This document shows positions 1 to 13,624 of a DNA stretch of 64,000 nucleotides, one piece after another. The translations under genes and the position numbers were made by a program. Below the pieces are notes generated by a model. That model ran no database searches. It was not told the DNA's origin and saw only the letters and a program-made list of their open reading frames with translations. The first letter of the stretch is position 1. Each line of letters opens with the position of its first letter. The stretch comes from Isurus oxyrinchus (lineage: Eukaryota). The DNA is taken from NCBI GenBank assembly GCA_026770705.1, contig JANJGN010000004.1:177010001-177074000 (forward strand), in the 5' to 3' direction.

Positions 1-699
1 TAAACAAAGATATTGCAGAGCAACATGGTGCGATAGATACTAAGGGCTTGAAGACCCTGGCTCAAATCCCAGCCTCAGATAATGGCACTCAAGCTTCCAC
101 CAGATGTTAAGCTGCTTATCTCGACCAGGCACGCTCAGGTGATAAAATGCCTTGCCAACAAGGCAAGAAAGAACATCATCCGAATTCCATCACAAGTTAT
201 TGTCAACATCTCCTACAAGCTACACCAAGCTCAGAGTATGAGCCTCGCACAAAAGGGATTCTAATAGTAAAATTGGTTTTGGAAAATCTTTTTAAGTGTA
301 TGTTAAATTTAGATCGAGGATGTCCCACTCTCTCTCCGTGGACACTCAGGGAAAACAAACAGTCCTGCGGCCCTAGAACAGCAAACTGCACAGGATAAAA
401 TAACTGCCACAGTGTCCAAGATGTATTTCCTACTCGACTTCCAATATTGTTCCAAGGTGACAACATGCAGCACTAAACGGTCAGTCGTTTTCAATACAGG
501 CAAAGCCAAAAACATGATAACATCATGCGTGCACATGGACACAGTCTCAGTGTCCAGGGTCAGCCCAGATTACGAAGCCATGATACATTAGGTAGAACAG
601 CAGGTGGAATGGTAGGTATCTGGCTTCCTTTAATTTTTAAATTTATGGGGCTAGGGAGGGGGCAGTAAGAAAATAAAAGTCACGACTGCTCAACTCTTC

Positions 700-1868
700 A
701 CGGACAAAATAAAAACAAACCCCTTTATTCAAACACATACTTTGTTCTCTAGTACAGTCACCCTAACCTTAATCAGTTTAAAAATATTCCTCGGGTTCAA
801 GTTTCTATATCGATACCCATCCACAAACAGTATGCTTTAGAATCAAAAAATATACCACAAAAAAGATAATATATTCTGTTCTACAGAATATGCACATTGC
901 TGTATTTTTGTTGCAATTCACAGTAATTATACAGTATAAAAGCTGTTGTGCTGTAGGATACAAGCAAAGTTCAGACTCCAGCAGTTGTTTTCAGAACACT
1001 CAATATAAATACTCATGCTTCAATTTACTTTGTGTTTTTAATATACAGCAAAGAAAAACATGAAAAGTCTGAAAATAAAACAGCCCGTTTACATTTGAGG
1101 AATAGGATTCGTTTTTTTTTATTGTTGAGAAAATCCTTACCCTGCTGAATAAACAGAGACTTCTTACAGTGAGCTTTAGACTAGAGCTTTAGAAGATGGA
1201 GGAGGAATTAATAAGTACCATAATTAATAGGAAGGCAGTCATTTTCTTCAAGGATGCAAATTGAGTCAAGTGGCCTTTTTATTTAGGGCAAGGCTGGGGA
1301 AGCAGAGAAAGCACAACAGTTAGAACTGAGCTCTCTAACACCAACCCGCAATCCCCACCCCCCCCACCTCAATATGCCTAATGGCTGTCAAAGAAATAAC
1401 ACAAGAATATTGGCTTTAGAAAAGAAAAGTATTTGGAGCTCATGGTGCAAATAGTACATGGCCAATGTCTGTTGTGAGCAATTAAACGCTAGAGGGAGAA
1501 AGTGTTTCTCACACTTGGGAAGGCAGGGGAGATTTAAGTGCGACAGTCACGAAACATGATGTCACACTTAGCGCGCAGCAATAAATTTCCCCCCCCACCC
1601 CTCCCCCATCAAGTGAAGTCCAACTTCGTTATCTAACGGGAATTAAATCTGGACACAGATAAAACATTACAATTCAAAAGGATTTCTTGTGCGCCTGTTA
1701 CAAAAAATACAAAACAGTCACCCATTTTATTTTCACTTGGGGGAATTTTCAGATTTTTTTCACCCCAGCCACACAGACATGATATTTGGATATAAAAATA
1801 TGTTCCGAGTTATGAGTTTCAAATTACAACAATAAAAGGTATTATAACAAAGGAAAATAGTCAAGAGT
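700..1868 (-). other. Probable SPCS3 3' UTR with candidate poly(A) signals
   Basis: AT-rich sequence without recognisable TEs downstream of the stop; AATAAA at 1731-1726 and 729-724, the latter followed by GT/T-rich tracts. Confidence 0.55.
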
Positions 1869-2001
1869 TCAATAGTTCTTTGTCATCTCATAGGAATCTG
1901 GAAATGCGGCAGAACTGTGACCTGAACCCGTTACAAGAGGCAGAATTCCAGCGTTTGGAACCACATTCCAGGACAGAGTTAAAGTGATGTTTTCATTTCC
2001 C
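1869..2001 (-). CDS. SPCS3: SPCS3 last coding exon (exon 5)
   Basis: 133 nt after a ttttgacAG acceptor; translates (K)[43 protein letters not shown], matching the vertebrate SPCS3 C-terminus; TGA at 1869-1871; NIT glycosylation sequon retained. Confidence 0.97.
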
Positions 2002-2099
2002 CTGTCAAAAGAAAAATGTTAAATGTACAAATTATATTTTCTTGGGGCTACGCAAGAATTTACACATGCAGGTCAGGTGAATTGTAACTCAGCTCCTGA

Positions 2100-2750
2100 T
2101 TCTCACAAAGTCCCATTCGCCCATCACCACTGGCTCCCAGTCCAGCAATGCTTGTTTCAAAACGTTTACCCTTGGGCTCTAATCCCTCGCTTGTCTAGTC
2201 CCTCCCCGCCTCCAGCCCTTATAAACCTTCAGGAGCATTGGCTGATACCAATTCTGACCTCTAGTGCAGCCTCGACGTTCGTTGTCCCTCCAATGGCAAC
2301 TATGCCTTCAGATGTCTGAGCCCCAACATCTGAATTTCCTTCCCTAATCTCTGCTCCTCAATCTTCCTTCAAAATCGCTCCTTCAAAGCTACTTCTTTGA
2401 CCATTTTGTCTGATTACACTCCTGTGAAGCGCCCTGCGACGTTTTACCATATAAATCTAAGCAGCTGCGATTGCTGTGAATTAAAAGGACCGGCGAGCTT
2501 TAAAAATGGTTGACAAGAAGGTAGTAATTAGGCTGAAAGCAGAAAATCTATATCACTTAACAGCTTGTATTCACATAATGCCTTTTAAGTAATAAACCTG
2601 CCAAGACACTTCACAGGAGTGTTAATGCAAAATTTGATACTGAGCCACATCAGGAGATATTAGGGCAGATGACCAAAACTTGGTCAAAGTAAGTTTTAAG
2701 GAGTGTCTTAAAAGAACAGACAGAGGCAGAGAGTTTTAAGGATGCAAATT
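2100..2750. mobile_element. Two decayed L2-like 3' ends, tail to tail
   Basis: ctcctgtgaagcgccctgcgacgttttac tail at ~2420-2460 (+) and its inverse cacttcacaggag at ~2560-2750 (-). Confidence 0.5.
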
Positions 2751-4269
2751 CCGATTGCTTGAGCAGTATTATTTACATAGGATTACATAGAATAAACAGC
2801 ACAGAGACAGGCCATTCAGCCCATGTTGGCGTTTATGCTCCACTGGAGCCTCCTCCCATCTTTCTTCATCCAAAGTTAGTGTAACCCTCTATTCTCTTCT
2901 CCCTCAGATACCGGTCTAGCTTCTCCTCAAAAGAAAGCACTCCAACACACACAAGTTCTATGCAGTCTATTTTAGAACTTTTAACGCGTAGTGTGCAGAT
3001 ACTGGATCACTTTCAATGCTTGTGTTACTAAATGTTTCACTATCTGCCAGTTATAGGGCTGCCATCATATATATGCAATGTAGATGCCACACATTTTGCA
3101 TGCATTTCTATATCCCAAAAAGTAGACGAAACAAATTAATAAATGTGATCAAAAGTCCACAGCTTCAATGGATATTATCTGTTGCTGGAGCTGTTGGGAA
3201 CTTTAACTTCTACAAGCTCAACAATGGCACCACCATAAGGTCCTTGATGGTACTGCAAGCACTGATGACTGAACATTTGATCCACTACCACTCCCCAACC
3301 TGTAAAGATTCACCCAGGATGTCAGAAAGTACTGATATTTCATCATGCCGATTTAATTAATGACAAAGGTAGGACGGGCAGGCTGGAGAAATGTGGATCA
3401 TTACATCCACATATGCACTGCCTGGCATGAATCTCGATAGCAAGCAGAATGTGAATCCTGGCTGCTTTATCCTATCTCCCTTTCCTTAACCAGGAGAACT
3501 GAGTGCAATTGTTACATTCAGTAATATATTCCTGGCCAAGAGCAACTAATTAACTCAGGACAGACCAAGAGACACAAACTAGCAATGATATGGTGTGGAT
3601 TTTGGGGGGGAGATTTAACCACACCATAGGCTGTTGCAGCAAGAAGATACATGCAACTGCTAAAAATGATCACATATGCCCCTGTATTTTATACACACAT
3701 TTACCACAAGAGTTTATTACCTCTAGTCACCTCTTCATTTATATGATTAATAGTCCAAGCAAGTTAGCTGCAACAATAGCAGAACAGGATGCGGAAATTC
3801 TGAATTCCAAGCAAATATTCTGACATATTAAGCTATTAACAATGCTACCAACAACTAACCAAATTAATTTAGTTTCAGAAGTAATCTAAAACTACAGCCA
3901 AAGGCATTACCTGCAAAAACTGAAGGCCCTTACAATTGTAAGGGACACAAAGATTACACTATAACACTGATGGTATAAACCCAATCTAAGTCTTTGGAAT
4001 GAAGGACAAACACATGCATATACCACCCTCCTGACACCAACTTTCCTGAAAATCAACAATCCCTTCTCCACATCTCTCAGTTAAACCACTACAGATCAAA
4101 ATGTTTTATTTTCCTGGCTCTACTTTTACATCCTGCATTCCACAAAGACGACCCAGTCACAGCTCTGAAAAGACTAATTAATATTCACTTCCTCCACAAC
4201 CAGTGTCAGCAGTGAAGACCAACTACAAGAGGCAGCAACTCACCAAAGCTCCTCCAACAGCACCTTCAA

Positions 4270-5695
4270 ACGGGATAGGGCTTCGCTGGCTAGGCCAGCA
4301 TTTATTGCCCATCCCTAGTTGCCCTTGAGAAGGTGGTGGTGAGCTGCCTTCTTGAACCACTGCAGTCCATGTGGGGTAGGTACACCCACAGTGCTGTTAG
4401 GAAGGGAGTTCCAGGATTTTGACCCAGCCACAGTGAAGGAATGGCGATATGTTTCCAAGTCAGGATGGTGAGTTACTTGGAGAAGAACTTCCAGTTGGTG
4501 GTCCCATCTATCTGCTGCCCTTGTCCTTCTAGTTGGTAGCAGTCATGGGTTTGGAGGGTGCTGTTGAAGGAGCCTTGGTGAATTCCGGCAGCGCATCCTG
4601 AAGATGGCACACACTGCTGCTACTGTGCGTCGGTGGTGGAGGGAGTGAACGTTTGTGGACATGGTGCCAATCAAGCTGGCTGCTTTGTCCTGGATGGTGT
4701 CAAGTTTCTGGAGTGTTGTGGGAACTGCACTCATCCAGGCAAGTGGAGAGTATTCCATCACACTTCTGACCTGTGTCTTATAGATGATGGGCAGGCTTTG
4801 GGGAGTCAGGAGGGGAGTTACTCGGCGCACAATTCTCTTGTAGCCACAGTATTTATAAGGCTAGTCCAGTTCAGTTTCTGGTCAATGGTAACCCCTAGGA
4901 TGCTGATAATGGGGGATTCAGTGATGGTAACACCATTGAACATCAAGGGACAATGATTGGATTTTCTCATGTTGGAGATGGTCATTGCCTGACACTTGTG
5001 TGGCACGAATGTTACTTGCCACCTGTTAGCCCAAACCTGAGTATTGTCCAGGTCTTGCTGCATTTGGACATGGACTGCTTCAGTACCTGAAGAGTTACAA
5101 ATGGTGAACACTGAGCAATCATCAGTGAACATTGCCACCTTTGGCCTTATGTTGAAAGGAAGATCATTGATGAAGCAGCTGAAGATGGTTGGGCTGAGGA
5201 CACTACCCTGAGGAACTCCTGCAGTGATGTCCTGGAGCTGAGAAGGCTGACTTCCAACAACCACAACCATCTTCCTTTGTGGTAGGTATGACAGCAACCA
5301 GCGGAAAGTATCTCTCCACCCCCCCCCCACCGCCACCAAAATTTCCATTTACTCCAGTTTTGCTAGGACTCCTTGATACTACACTCGGTCAAAAGCAACC
5401 TTGATGTCAAGGGCAGTCACTCTCACCTCACCTTGGGAGTTCAGCTCTTTTGTCCATATTTGAACCAAGGCTTTAATGAGGTCAGGAGGCTGGGTAACCC
5501 TGGCAGAACTCAAACTGGGTGTCAGTGAGCAGGTTATTGCGAATCAAATGCTGCTTGATAGCACTGTCGATGACTCCTTCCGTTACTTTACTGATGATCG
5601 CGGGTAGACTGATGGGGCAGTAATTGGCCGGATTGGATTTGTCCTGCTTTTTGTGTACAGGACACACCCGGGCAATTTTTCACATAGCTGGGTGC
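4270..5695 (-). mobile_element. Non-LTR retrotransposon (CR1/L2 group), RT plus 3' tail, frameshifted
   Basis: ORFs 5482-5667, 4818-5348 (AGVPQGSVLSPTIF..FINDLP..FTDD) and 4543-4830; same family at 54365-56490 and as many 3' fragments. Confidence 0.9.
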
Positions 5696-6507
5696 TTCAT
5701 TCTGATTCACATATCCATTATGCAGAGAAAGGGCAGCCTGCTCACAGACCTGCATTTGCACCTTAGGGCGAATCATGGCCTTCAGAAAATTTGGGGTCAG
5801 CCGGTTACAACGTTTCTCCGATTTTTTCTTCCAGTTTAATTCCTTCCCCATCACACTGGCTTTACATAGCAATGCACAGGCCAGAATGCGGAATGAATCA
5901 GATCAATAATCAAGCTGAACAGTGGTCTGGGGAGGAGCACCTGCCCACACCACCCGCTCCCGCCAACCCCCAGCACTGCCACAACACCCTCACCCCTGGA
6001 AAACAGCCCAGATTTAAACACAATATAAAGTCACTATAGTAACTCCTCTCAATTGCAGTTAAGCTCTTGTGTAGATTCAATCTGTAATAGGGTGCTGACT
6101 GTTTGTCCACTCACAAAGGAGGATCAGGCAAGGGAAGCAACTGCATAATCCACTCCTGCATATAGAGAGGAAGAATGCTAAACATACACATGGGCCAGTT
6201 AGGATAATGCTTCCACTTTATCAAAACAGTTTCAGGCAAGAGCCCTACCGAGGCTTTAATCTGTTTTCAGATACTGACAGAGCTGTATTTTGCCAACACC
6301 TATTTTTAGTTCAATTTTTCTACTTGTTGCACTTCTGCCTGTGATGTCTGCAAATCATTTGCTTTGCCTCCCTTGGGAATGATTCTGTCATTCACGCATC
6401 ACAGATAGTGCATTAATTCAAACAGTCATAACTGTTTTAAAGAGCAGCAGTTTGGCAATTACTGCTACATTAAGATACAGATGGATAGATGGGTGGAAAT
6501 TTCTTAC

Positions 6508-6623
6508 TTGAGGCCATTTCCATCATCAAAGAAGAAATATTTTGACTTCACATCTTTCAGGTCCAATTTCGTTTTGTCTCCACGAAGAACAATCTTGTCC
6601 CAGAGAACAACCTGGTTCAGTGC
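6508..6623 (-). CDS. SPCS3: SPCS3 exon 4
   Basis: 116 nt, cAG acceptor and GTAAGA donor; [38 protein letters not shown](K); phase joins exon 5 in frame. Confidence 0.97.
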
Positions 6624-6689
6624 CTGCATTTGCAAGAAGAGTTTAAATAACTTATATACACAACATTGTGACTGGTGCCAGTACACCCA

Positions 6690-6955
6690 GAACATAAGAC
6701 ATATACACAAATTAGGAGTAGGCCGCTCGGCCCCTCGAGTCTGCTCCGCCATTCAATATGATCATGGCTGATCTGACTCAATCCTACATTCCCACCTACC
6801 TCTGATAGCCTTTCACCCTCTTGCTTATGAAGAATCTACCTACCTCTGCCTTAAAAACATTCAAAGACTCTGCTTCTACTGCCTTTTGGGGAAGAGTGCG
6901 CCAAAGGCTTACAACCCTCAGACAAAAAAATTCTCCTCATCTGTCTTAAATGGAA
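6690..6955 (-). mobile_element. CR1 3' end fragment
   Basis: aggagtaggccgctcggcccctcgag tail shared with other CR1 copies in the window. Confidence 0.75.
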
Positions 6956-7879
6956 ACATAATGATACCAAGAAGTTTCATATACTGGAGTTCAGAACAAA
7001 ATGCTGCAAACATTCAGCCCATCAGTCTGCGTCTGTGTGGAGGAAAATTCTGTTGAAGGGTCCGCACCCAAGACATTTTAACTCATTTCTCGCTATAGAT
7101 CGGGACTGACCTGCTGACTGTTTACATCACTTGGACATCACCAATGGAACTCTATTTGGACATTTGTTCCCAAGGATTTATAACTAAGTCTGCTTAAGCT
7201 TCAGAGTTGGCAATTATGCTCCTTTAATTTCAATGGAAGTGAATGAAAATATTAAAGAGTTTACTGATCACTTTATGAAAAGCCAGATACTAACACCACC
7301 AATGCAAAGTTTTTGTTATCCAATTTGACATGCTTTCAACATTAAACTGTCTGCCCTTTTGACAGTTGCAAAGTACATTCCAGAAGTTGTAGAGGGGTAA
7401 GTAAAGCTAATTTACTAGCTTCTGAAGAGTCATTCCAAATGGATTAGTAGTTTATGTGCTGACGAGAGTGGTTCGTAGAGGTCGTCGGTGGTAAATGAGG
7501 AAAACTTCTGGTGGAAGCCCAAAAATCCTAACAGTCTTAACTGCCTTAATGAAATGGGTGTATATGTATTTGAGGTAGAGCCCTAAACAATTCAGACTTT
7601 TTTTAGATCTTGAATTATCAATGGGTTTACAGATAAAACACAGCCAGATTACTTCCCATTTAGCAAAGAGTATCGCAGATCTCAGCTCTTCATTTCAAGA
7701 GCTGGAAGAAAGAGAAAGTGCTCCACCGGCATCTGTTTAAAATCAACCCCTTGAGGTCACTACTATAAAGCAAAATAATATTAGGCAGGAGACCAACATA
7801 GCCTTTGTCATTTACAACCTAGAAGGCAGCTATTTGGCCCAGATATTCCTGCAGTTTCTCTTAATAATTATTTTACAAA

Positions 7880-8272
7880 CGAGTATACAAGTTAGGGCCA
7901 CTCAGTCCTTTGAGACTGCTGCACCATTCAATAAGATCATGGTTGATCTGACTGTAACCTCCTGCCTACCCCCAAAAACCTTTCAAGAAACTATCTAACC
8001 TCTGCCATGAAAACGTTCAAAGACTCTTCTTCCACTGTCTTTTGAGGAAGAGAATTCCAAACACACTCTACCCTCAAAAAATTTCTTTTCAACACTACCT
8101 TAAATGGGCGACCCCTTTATTTTTAAATAGTGACCCCTAGTTCTAGATTCTCCAGCAAGAGGAAACACCCTCTCCATATCCACACTGTCAAGACCCCTCA
8201 GGATCTTATATTTCAATCAAGATGCCTCTTACTCTTCTAAACTCCAGCAGATACAAGGCTAGCCTGTCCAAC
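7880..8272 (-). mobile_element. CR1 3' fragment
   Basis: Similar to the 3' end of the CR1 at 58065-58500. Confidence 0.75.
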
Positions 8273-8274
8273 GA

Positions 8275-8540
8275 GAGGTGGTTGGATAGCGGTGTTGTCA
8301 CTGGATTAGTAAGCCAGAGACCCAGGGTAATACTCTGGGGACCCGGGCAGATGGTGGAATTTGAACTCGGTAAAAATTTGGAATTAAAAGTCTAATGATG
8401 ACCATGAAACCATTGTCGATTGTTATTGAAACCCATCTGGTTCACTAATGTCCTTTAGGGAAGGAAATCGGCTGTCCTTACCTGGTCTGGCCTACTTATC
8501 ACTCCAGACTCACAGCACTGTGGTTGACTCTTAAATGCCT
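8275..8540 (+). mobile_element. SINE, probably tRNA-derived
   Basis: Body (cccatctggttcactaatgtcctttagggaaggaaat...gtggttgactcttaa) recurs inverted at ~39030-39310. Confidence 0.65.
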
Positions 8541-8662
8541 TTAACAGGGAGTGAGCGGGAGAGGGGAGCAGCGGGGCCATTAACGGAGCAAGCGAGAGAG
8601 GGCAGCAGCGGGTCCATTAACAGGGAGCGAGCAAGAGAGGGGAGCAGCGGGGCCATTAACAG
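8541..8662 (+). repeat. ~37-bp tandem repeat (about 3 copies) at the CR1 5' end
   Basis: ttaacagggagcgagc.agagaggggagcagcggggcca repeated. Confidence 0.85.
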
Positions 8663-11600
8663 TGAGAGCACGAGGAGGAGTGAGAGACCATTAAAAAGCA
8701 TGGAGAGCAGCTGATTGGTGAGTAGGATTGGCGAGTATTTCTAGTCTTTAAAGTAAAAGCTCTTTAGTTTGTGTTTAGGTCTCTAGATTTTTTCTTTTTT
8801 CTCTTTTCTTAAAAATAGCTTAAGTATAAAATCGATACTGGTGTGTAAAAATTTAACAATAAAGTGTAAAGAGCAGGGATACTAGAGTAATTTATTAACT
8901 TAACTTAATGTGATAGCTGTGACAGGATGGGTGATGTGTTGCTGCTGCGACATGGGGGAGCTGTTGGAAACCAAGGTGATCCAGAGCGAATATGTTTGTA
9001 GTAAGTGTTTCCAGCTTAAGGAACTTCAGATCTGAGTTAAGGGGCTGGAGTCCGAGCTGCAGACATTGCACCACATCAGGGAGGGTGGGGTGGGGGGAAT
9101 TATCTGGACACATTGACCCAGGAGGTGGTCACACCCCTCAGATTGGATAATTCAAGTTTGGTCTGTGATGAGCAACAGGAGGGTGCGACTGCACGTGAAG
9201 CAGGTATGGGGGCCCAGGGGGTAGCGTTCAAGGATTCTCGGCTCCTGCAACTGTCCAACAACTAGGAAATTCATGCAATCTGTGTGGGTGAGCGTGCGGA
9301 CTGCAGGGAGGCTGAGCGAACTGACCACAGCACCATGGTACAGGGAGTCATTCAAGTGGGATGAGGAAATAGGAATGTAGTGGTGGTAGGGGACAGTATA
9401 ATTAGGGGGATAGATACTGTTCCCTGCAGCCATGAGCATGAGTCCTGAAGGCTGTGTTGCCTGCCCGGTGCCAGGGTTAAGGACCTCTCCTCAGAGCTGG
9501 AGAGGAACTTGGAGTGGGAGGGGAGGGATCCAGTTGTTATCATCCAAGTTGGTAACAACGACATTGATAGGACTAGAAAAGAGGTTCTGCTGAAAGGATT
9601 TGAAAAGTTAGGAGCTAAATTAAAAAGCAGAACCTCCAAGATAATAATCTTGGGATTACTACCAGTGCAATGGGCAAACTGGCATACGGTACATAAAGTC
9701 AAGGAGTTAAATGCATGGCTCAAAGGTTGGTTTGGGGGGGAATGGGTTTCAGTTCCTGGGACACTGACACCAGTAATGGGATAGAAGGAAGCTGTTCCTG
9801 TGGGACAGGCTTCAGTTGAACTGTGCTGGGGCCAGTGTCCTGGCGAATTGAATAGCTAGGACTGTAGAGAGACTAAATGGTGGGGGAGGATGTTCTGGAA
9901 AGGGGATGCGTAGGCTAACAAAGTAAAAGGATAAAAGCAAAAAACTGCAGATGCTGGAAATCCAAAACAAAAATAAAAATACTTGGAAAAACTCAGCAGG
10001 TCTGGCAGCATTTGCGGAGAGGAACACAGTTAATGTTTCGAGTCCGTATGACTCTTCAACAGAATTAAGGAAAAATAGAAAAGAGGTGAAATATAAGCTG
10101 GTTTAAGAGGGGGGGGTGTGGTGGGTAGAGCTGGAGAGGGCCAGCGATAGGTGGAGATAGCCAAAAGATGTCATAGACAAAAGGACAAAGAGGTGTTGAA
10201 GGTGGTGATATTATCAAGGGAATGTGCTAATTAAGAGTAGAAAGCAGGACAAGCAAGCTTCAGATAGCCCTAGTGGGGGTGGGGTGAAGGGAAGGTATCG
10301 AAATAGGCTAAAAGGTAGAGATAAAACAATGGATGGAAATACATTTAAAAATAATGGAAATAGGTGGGAAAAGAAAAATCTATATAAATTATTGGGAAAA
10401 AGGTGGGGGGGCATCAGAAAGGGGGTAGGGATAGAGGAGAGAGCTCATGATCTAAAATTGTTGAACTCAATATTCAGTCCGGAGGGCTGTAAAGTGCCTA
10501 GTCAGAAGATGAGGTGCTGTTCCTCCAGTTTGCGTTGAGCTTCACTGGAACATTAAAGCAGGCCAAGGACGGACATATGGGCATGAGAGCAGGGTGCAGT
10601 GTTGAAATGGCAAGCGACAGGGAGGTCTGGGTCATGCTTGTGGACAGATCAAAGGTGTTTTGCAAAGCGGTCACCCTGTCTGCGTTTGGTCTCTCCAACG
10701 TAGAGGAAACCGCACTGGGAGCAACGAATGCAGTAAACTAAATCGAGGGAGGTACAAGTGAAATGCTGCTTCACTTGAAAGGAGTGTTTGGGCCCTTGGA
10801 CGTTGAGGAGAGGGGAAGTAAAGGAGCAGGTGTTGCACCTTCTGCAGTTGCATGGGAAGGTGCCGTGGGAGAGGGTTGAGGTGTAGGGGGTGATGGAGGA
10901 GTGGACCAAGGTGTCCCGGAGGGAACGATCCCTGCGGGAGGCCGCCAAGGGAGGTGAAGGGAAGATATGTTTGGTGGTGGCATCATGCTGGAGTTGGCAG
11001 AGATGGCAGAGGATGACCTTTTGAAAGCGGAGGCTGATGGGGTGTTAAGTGAGGACAAGGGGGACCCTATCATGGTTCTGGGAAAAAGAGGAAGGTGTGA
11101 GGGCGGATGCGCGGGAGATGGGCTGGACACGGTTGAGGGCTCTGTCAACCATCGTGGATGGAAAACCTTGGTTAAGGAAGAAGGAGGACATGTCAGAGGA
11201 ACTGTTTTTGAAAGTGGCATCATCAGAACAGATGCAACGGAGGCGAAGGAACTGAGAGAATGGGATAGAGTCCTTCCAGGAAGCGGGGTGTGAGGAGCTG
11301 TAGTTGAGGTAACTGTGGGAGTTGGTAGGCTTGTAATGAATATTGGTGGACAGTCTATCACCAGAAATTGAGACAGAGAGGTCAAGGAAGGGAAGGGAAG
11401 TGTCAGAGATGGACCACGTGAAAATGACTGAGGGGTGGAAATTGGAAGCAAAATGAATAAATTTTTCCAAGTCCAGACGAGAGCATGAAGCAGCACCGAA
11501 GCAATCATCGATGTACCGGAGAAAGAGTTGTGGGAGGGGGCCGGAGTAGGACTGGAACAAGGAATGTTCCACATACCCCATAAAGAGACAGGCATAACTG

Positions 11601-12345
11601 GGGCCCATGCGGGTACCCATAGCCACAGCTTTCATTTGGAGGAAGTGAGAGGAGTTTAAGGAGAAATCGTTCAGTGTGAGAACAAGTTCAGCCAGACGGA
11701 GGAGAGTAGTGGTGGATGGGGATTGTTCAGGTCTCCATTCGAGGAAGAAGTGAAGAGCCGTCAGACCATCCTGGTGAGGGATGGAGGTGTAGAGGGATTG
11801 GACCTATATGGCAGCATTGCAGGGCAGCTATTCAGGTATTGATGTCCAGAGTGTAACAGGGAGGAGCAGAGTGTACAAACATTTAAAAACAGCAAATAGG
11901 GTCAAAGATGGAAAAAATGGTAAAAAGGGAAAATTAATGGCTCTTTACTTAAATGCATGTAGTATTCGGAACAAAATAAATGAATTAATAGCATAAATAG
12001 AGGTTAATGGGTGTGACCTTATAGCCATTACGGAAACATGGTTACAAAGAGATCAAAGCTGGAAACTAAATATTCAGGGGCATATGACTTTTCGAAAGGA
12101 CAGGCAGGAAAGAAAGGGTGGTGGGCTAACTTTGTTAGTACGAGATGGAATAAGTACGATAGCAAGAAATGATCTTGGATTGGAAGATGTAGAATCAATA
12201 TGGACGGAGATAAGAAATAACATGGGGAAGATGACACTTGCAGGAGTAGTCTATAGGTCCCCTAACAGTAGTTGTACTGGAGGACAGAATAAATTAGAAG
12301 ATAAATGAGGGCATGTAAAGAAACAGTGCCTTAATCATGGATGAC
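8663..12345 (+). mobile_element. CR1 LINE 5' half (ORF1 Zn-finger/SGNH esterase, ORF2 APE start), interrupted by a Penelope element
   Basis: CCCC..VCSKC motif ~8935-9010; VVVVGDSIIRG, CCLPGARVKD, VIIQVGNNDI esterase motifs 9375-9780; LYLNACSIRNKINEL and GVVYRSP at 11935-12270. Confidence 0.9.
9933..11803 (-). mobile_element. Penelope-like element (RT + GIY-YIG endonuclease), 5'-truncated
   Basis: MGTRMGPSYACLFMG, FLRYIDD, LPFLDL (11045-11635); LVYCIRCSQCGFLYVGETKRR GIY-YIG motif (10649-10948); terminal repeat at 9933-10065. Confidence 0.93.
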
Positions 12346-12619
12346 TTTACAGGATTGTAGAGGCTGGGTCGTTAAGTTTATTCAAGGCTGAGATAGACAG
12401 GTTTTTAATCAGTAAGGAAATTATGGGTTATGGGGAAAAGGCAGGAAAGTGGAGTTGAGGATTATCAAATCAGCCATGATCGCATTCAATGGCGGAGCAG
12501 ACTCAATAGGCCGAATGGCCTACTTCTGCTCCTACCATCTTATGGCAATCAGGCTTGGGCAACAAATGCTGGCCAAGCCAGCAACAGCCACATCGTATGA
12601 ATGAATTTTAAAAAAAACT

Positions 12620-13480
12620 TTCCTCATTAGACAACCTGCCCATTCCTGGTTATTCCTGGTAAACCTTCTCTGCACTGCTTCTTATGCATTTACATCCTTC
12701 CTTAAATAAGGAGACCAATACTGCACACAGTACTCCAGGTGTGGTCTCACCAGTGTCCTGTACAATTTTCCTGGTGATTGAAGTTATCCCGAGTTCCTCC
12801 CTCCCAATTCCCGATTTACAGTTATTTCTGGGATGCTACTTGTGTACTCTATAGTGAAGACCGAGGCAAAGCACCTGTTCAATTTGTCTGCCATCTCCTT
12901 GCTGTCCATTATTAATTCCCCAGACTCACTTTCTATAGGACCAGTGCTCACTTTGTTCATTCTTTTCTCATTTAAATATCTGTTGAAACTCTTACTATCC
13001 ATCTTTGTATTTCTAGCCAGTTTTCACTTGTACTCAAATTTTCCCCTCCTTATTAATCTTGGTCATTCTTTGCTGTTCTTTACATTGTCAATTTTTCTGA
13101 CCAGCCACCTGTCTTTGCTCATGCTTTTTGTTTAAGTTTGATACTGTCTTTAACTTTTTTAGTTAACCACAGATGGTGGGTCCTTCCCTTGGAATGTTTC
13201 TCTCTCATTGCAATGTTTTGATTCTGTGTATTCTGAAATATCCCTTTAAATGCCTGCCATTGCATCTTTACTGACCTGTCCCTTAACTTAATTTGCCAGT
13301 TCACTTTAACTAGCTCTGCTTTCATTCCCACATAAGTGTCCTTATTTAAGTTTAAAATACTATTCTTGGACCTACTCTTCTCTCCCTCAAACTGAATGCA
13401 GAATTCAAACATATTATGATTGCTGCTCCCCAGGGGTGCCTTCACTCTGAGGTTATTAATTAATTATATCTTGTTGAAAG
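12620..13480 (-). mobile_element. CR1 ORF2 fragments
   Basis: PLGSSNHNMFEF..LNLNK and LNRCFASVFT motifs. Confidence 0.85.
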
Positions 13481-13624
13481 TCTTTCTTTTGTTTGTAATG
13501 TTTCTCTACGCTAATATTGTTTTCCTCTCACCCCAGTCTTGAGGCCACACATTTCCAACTTTATGGCACTGTCTGATCATCTCAATTATCCCACATAAGC
13601 AAGTAGCATCAAGTACCTGGAAAT

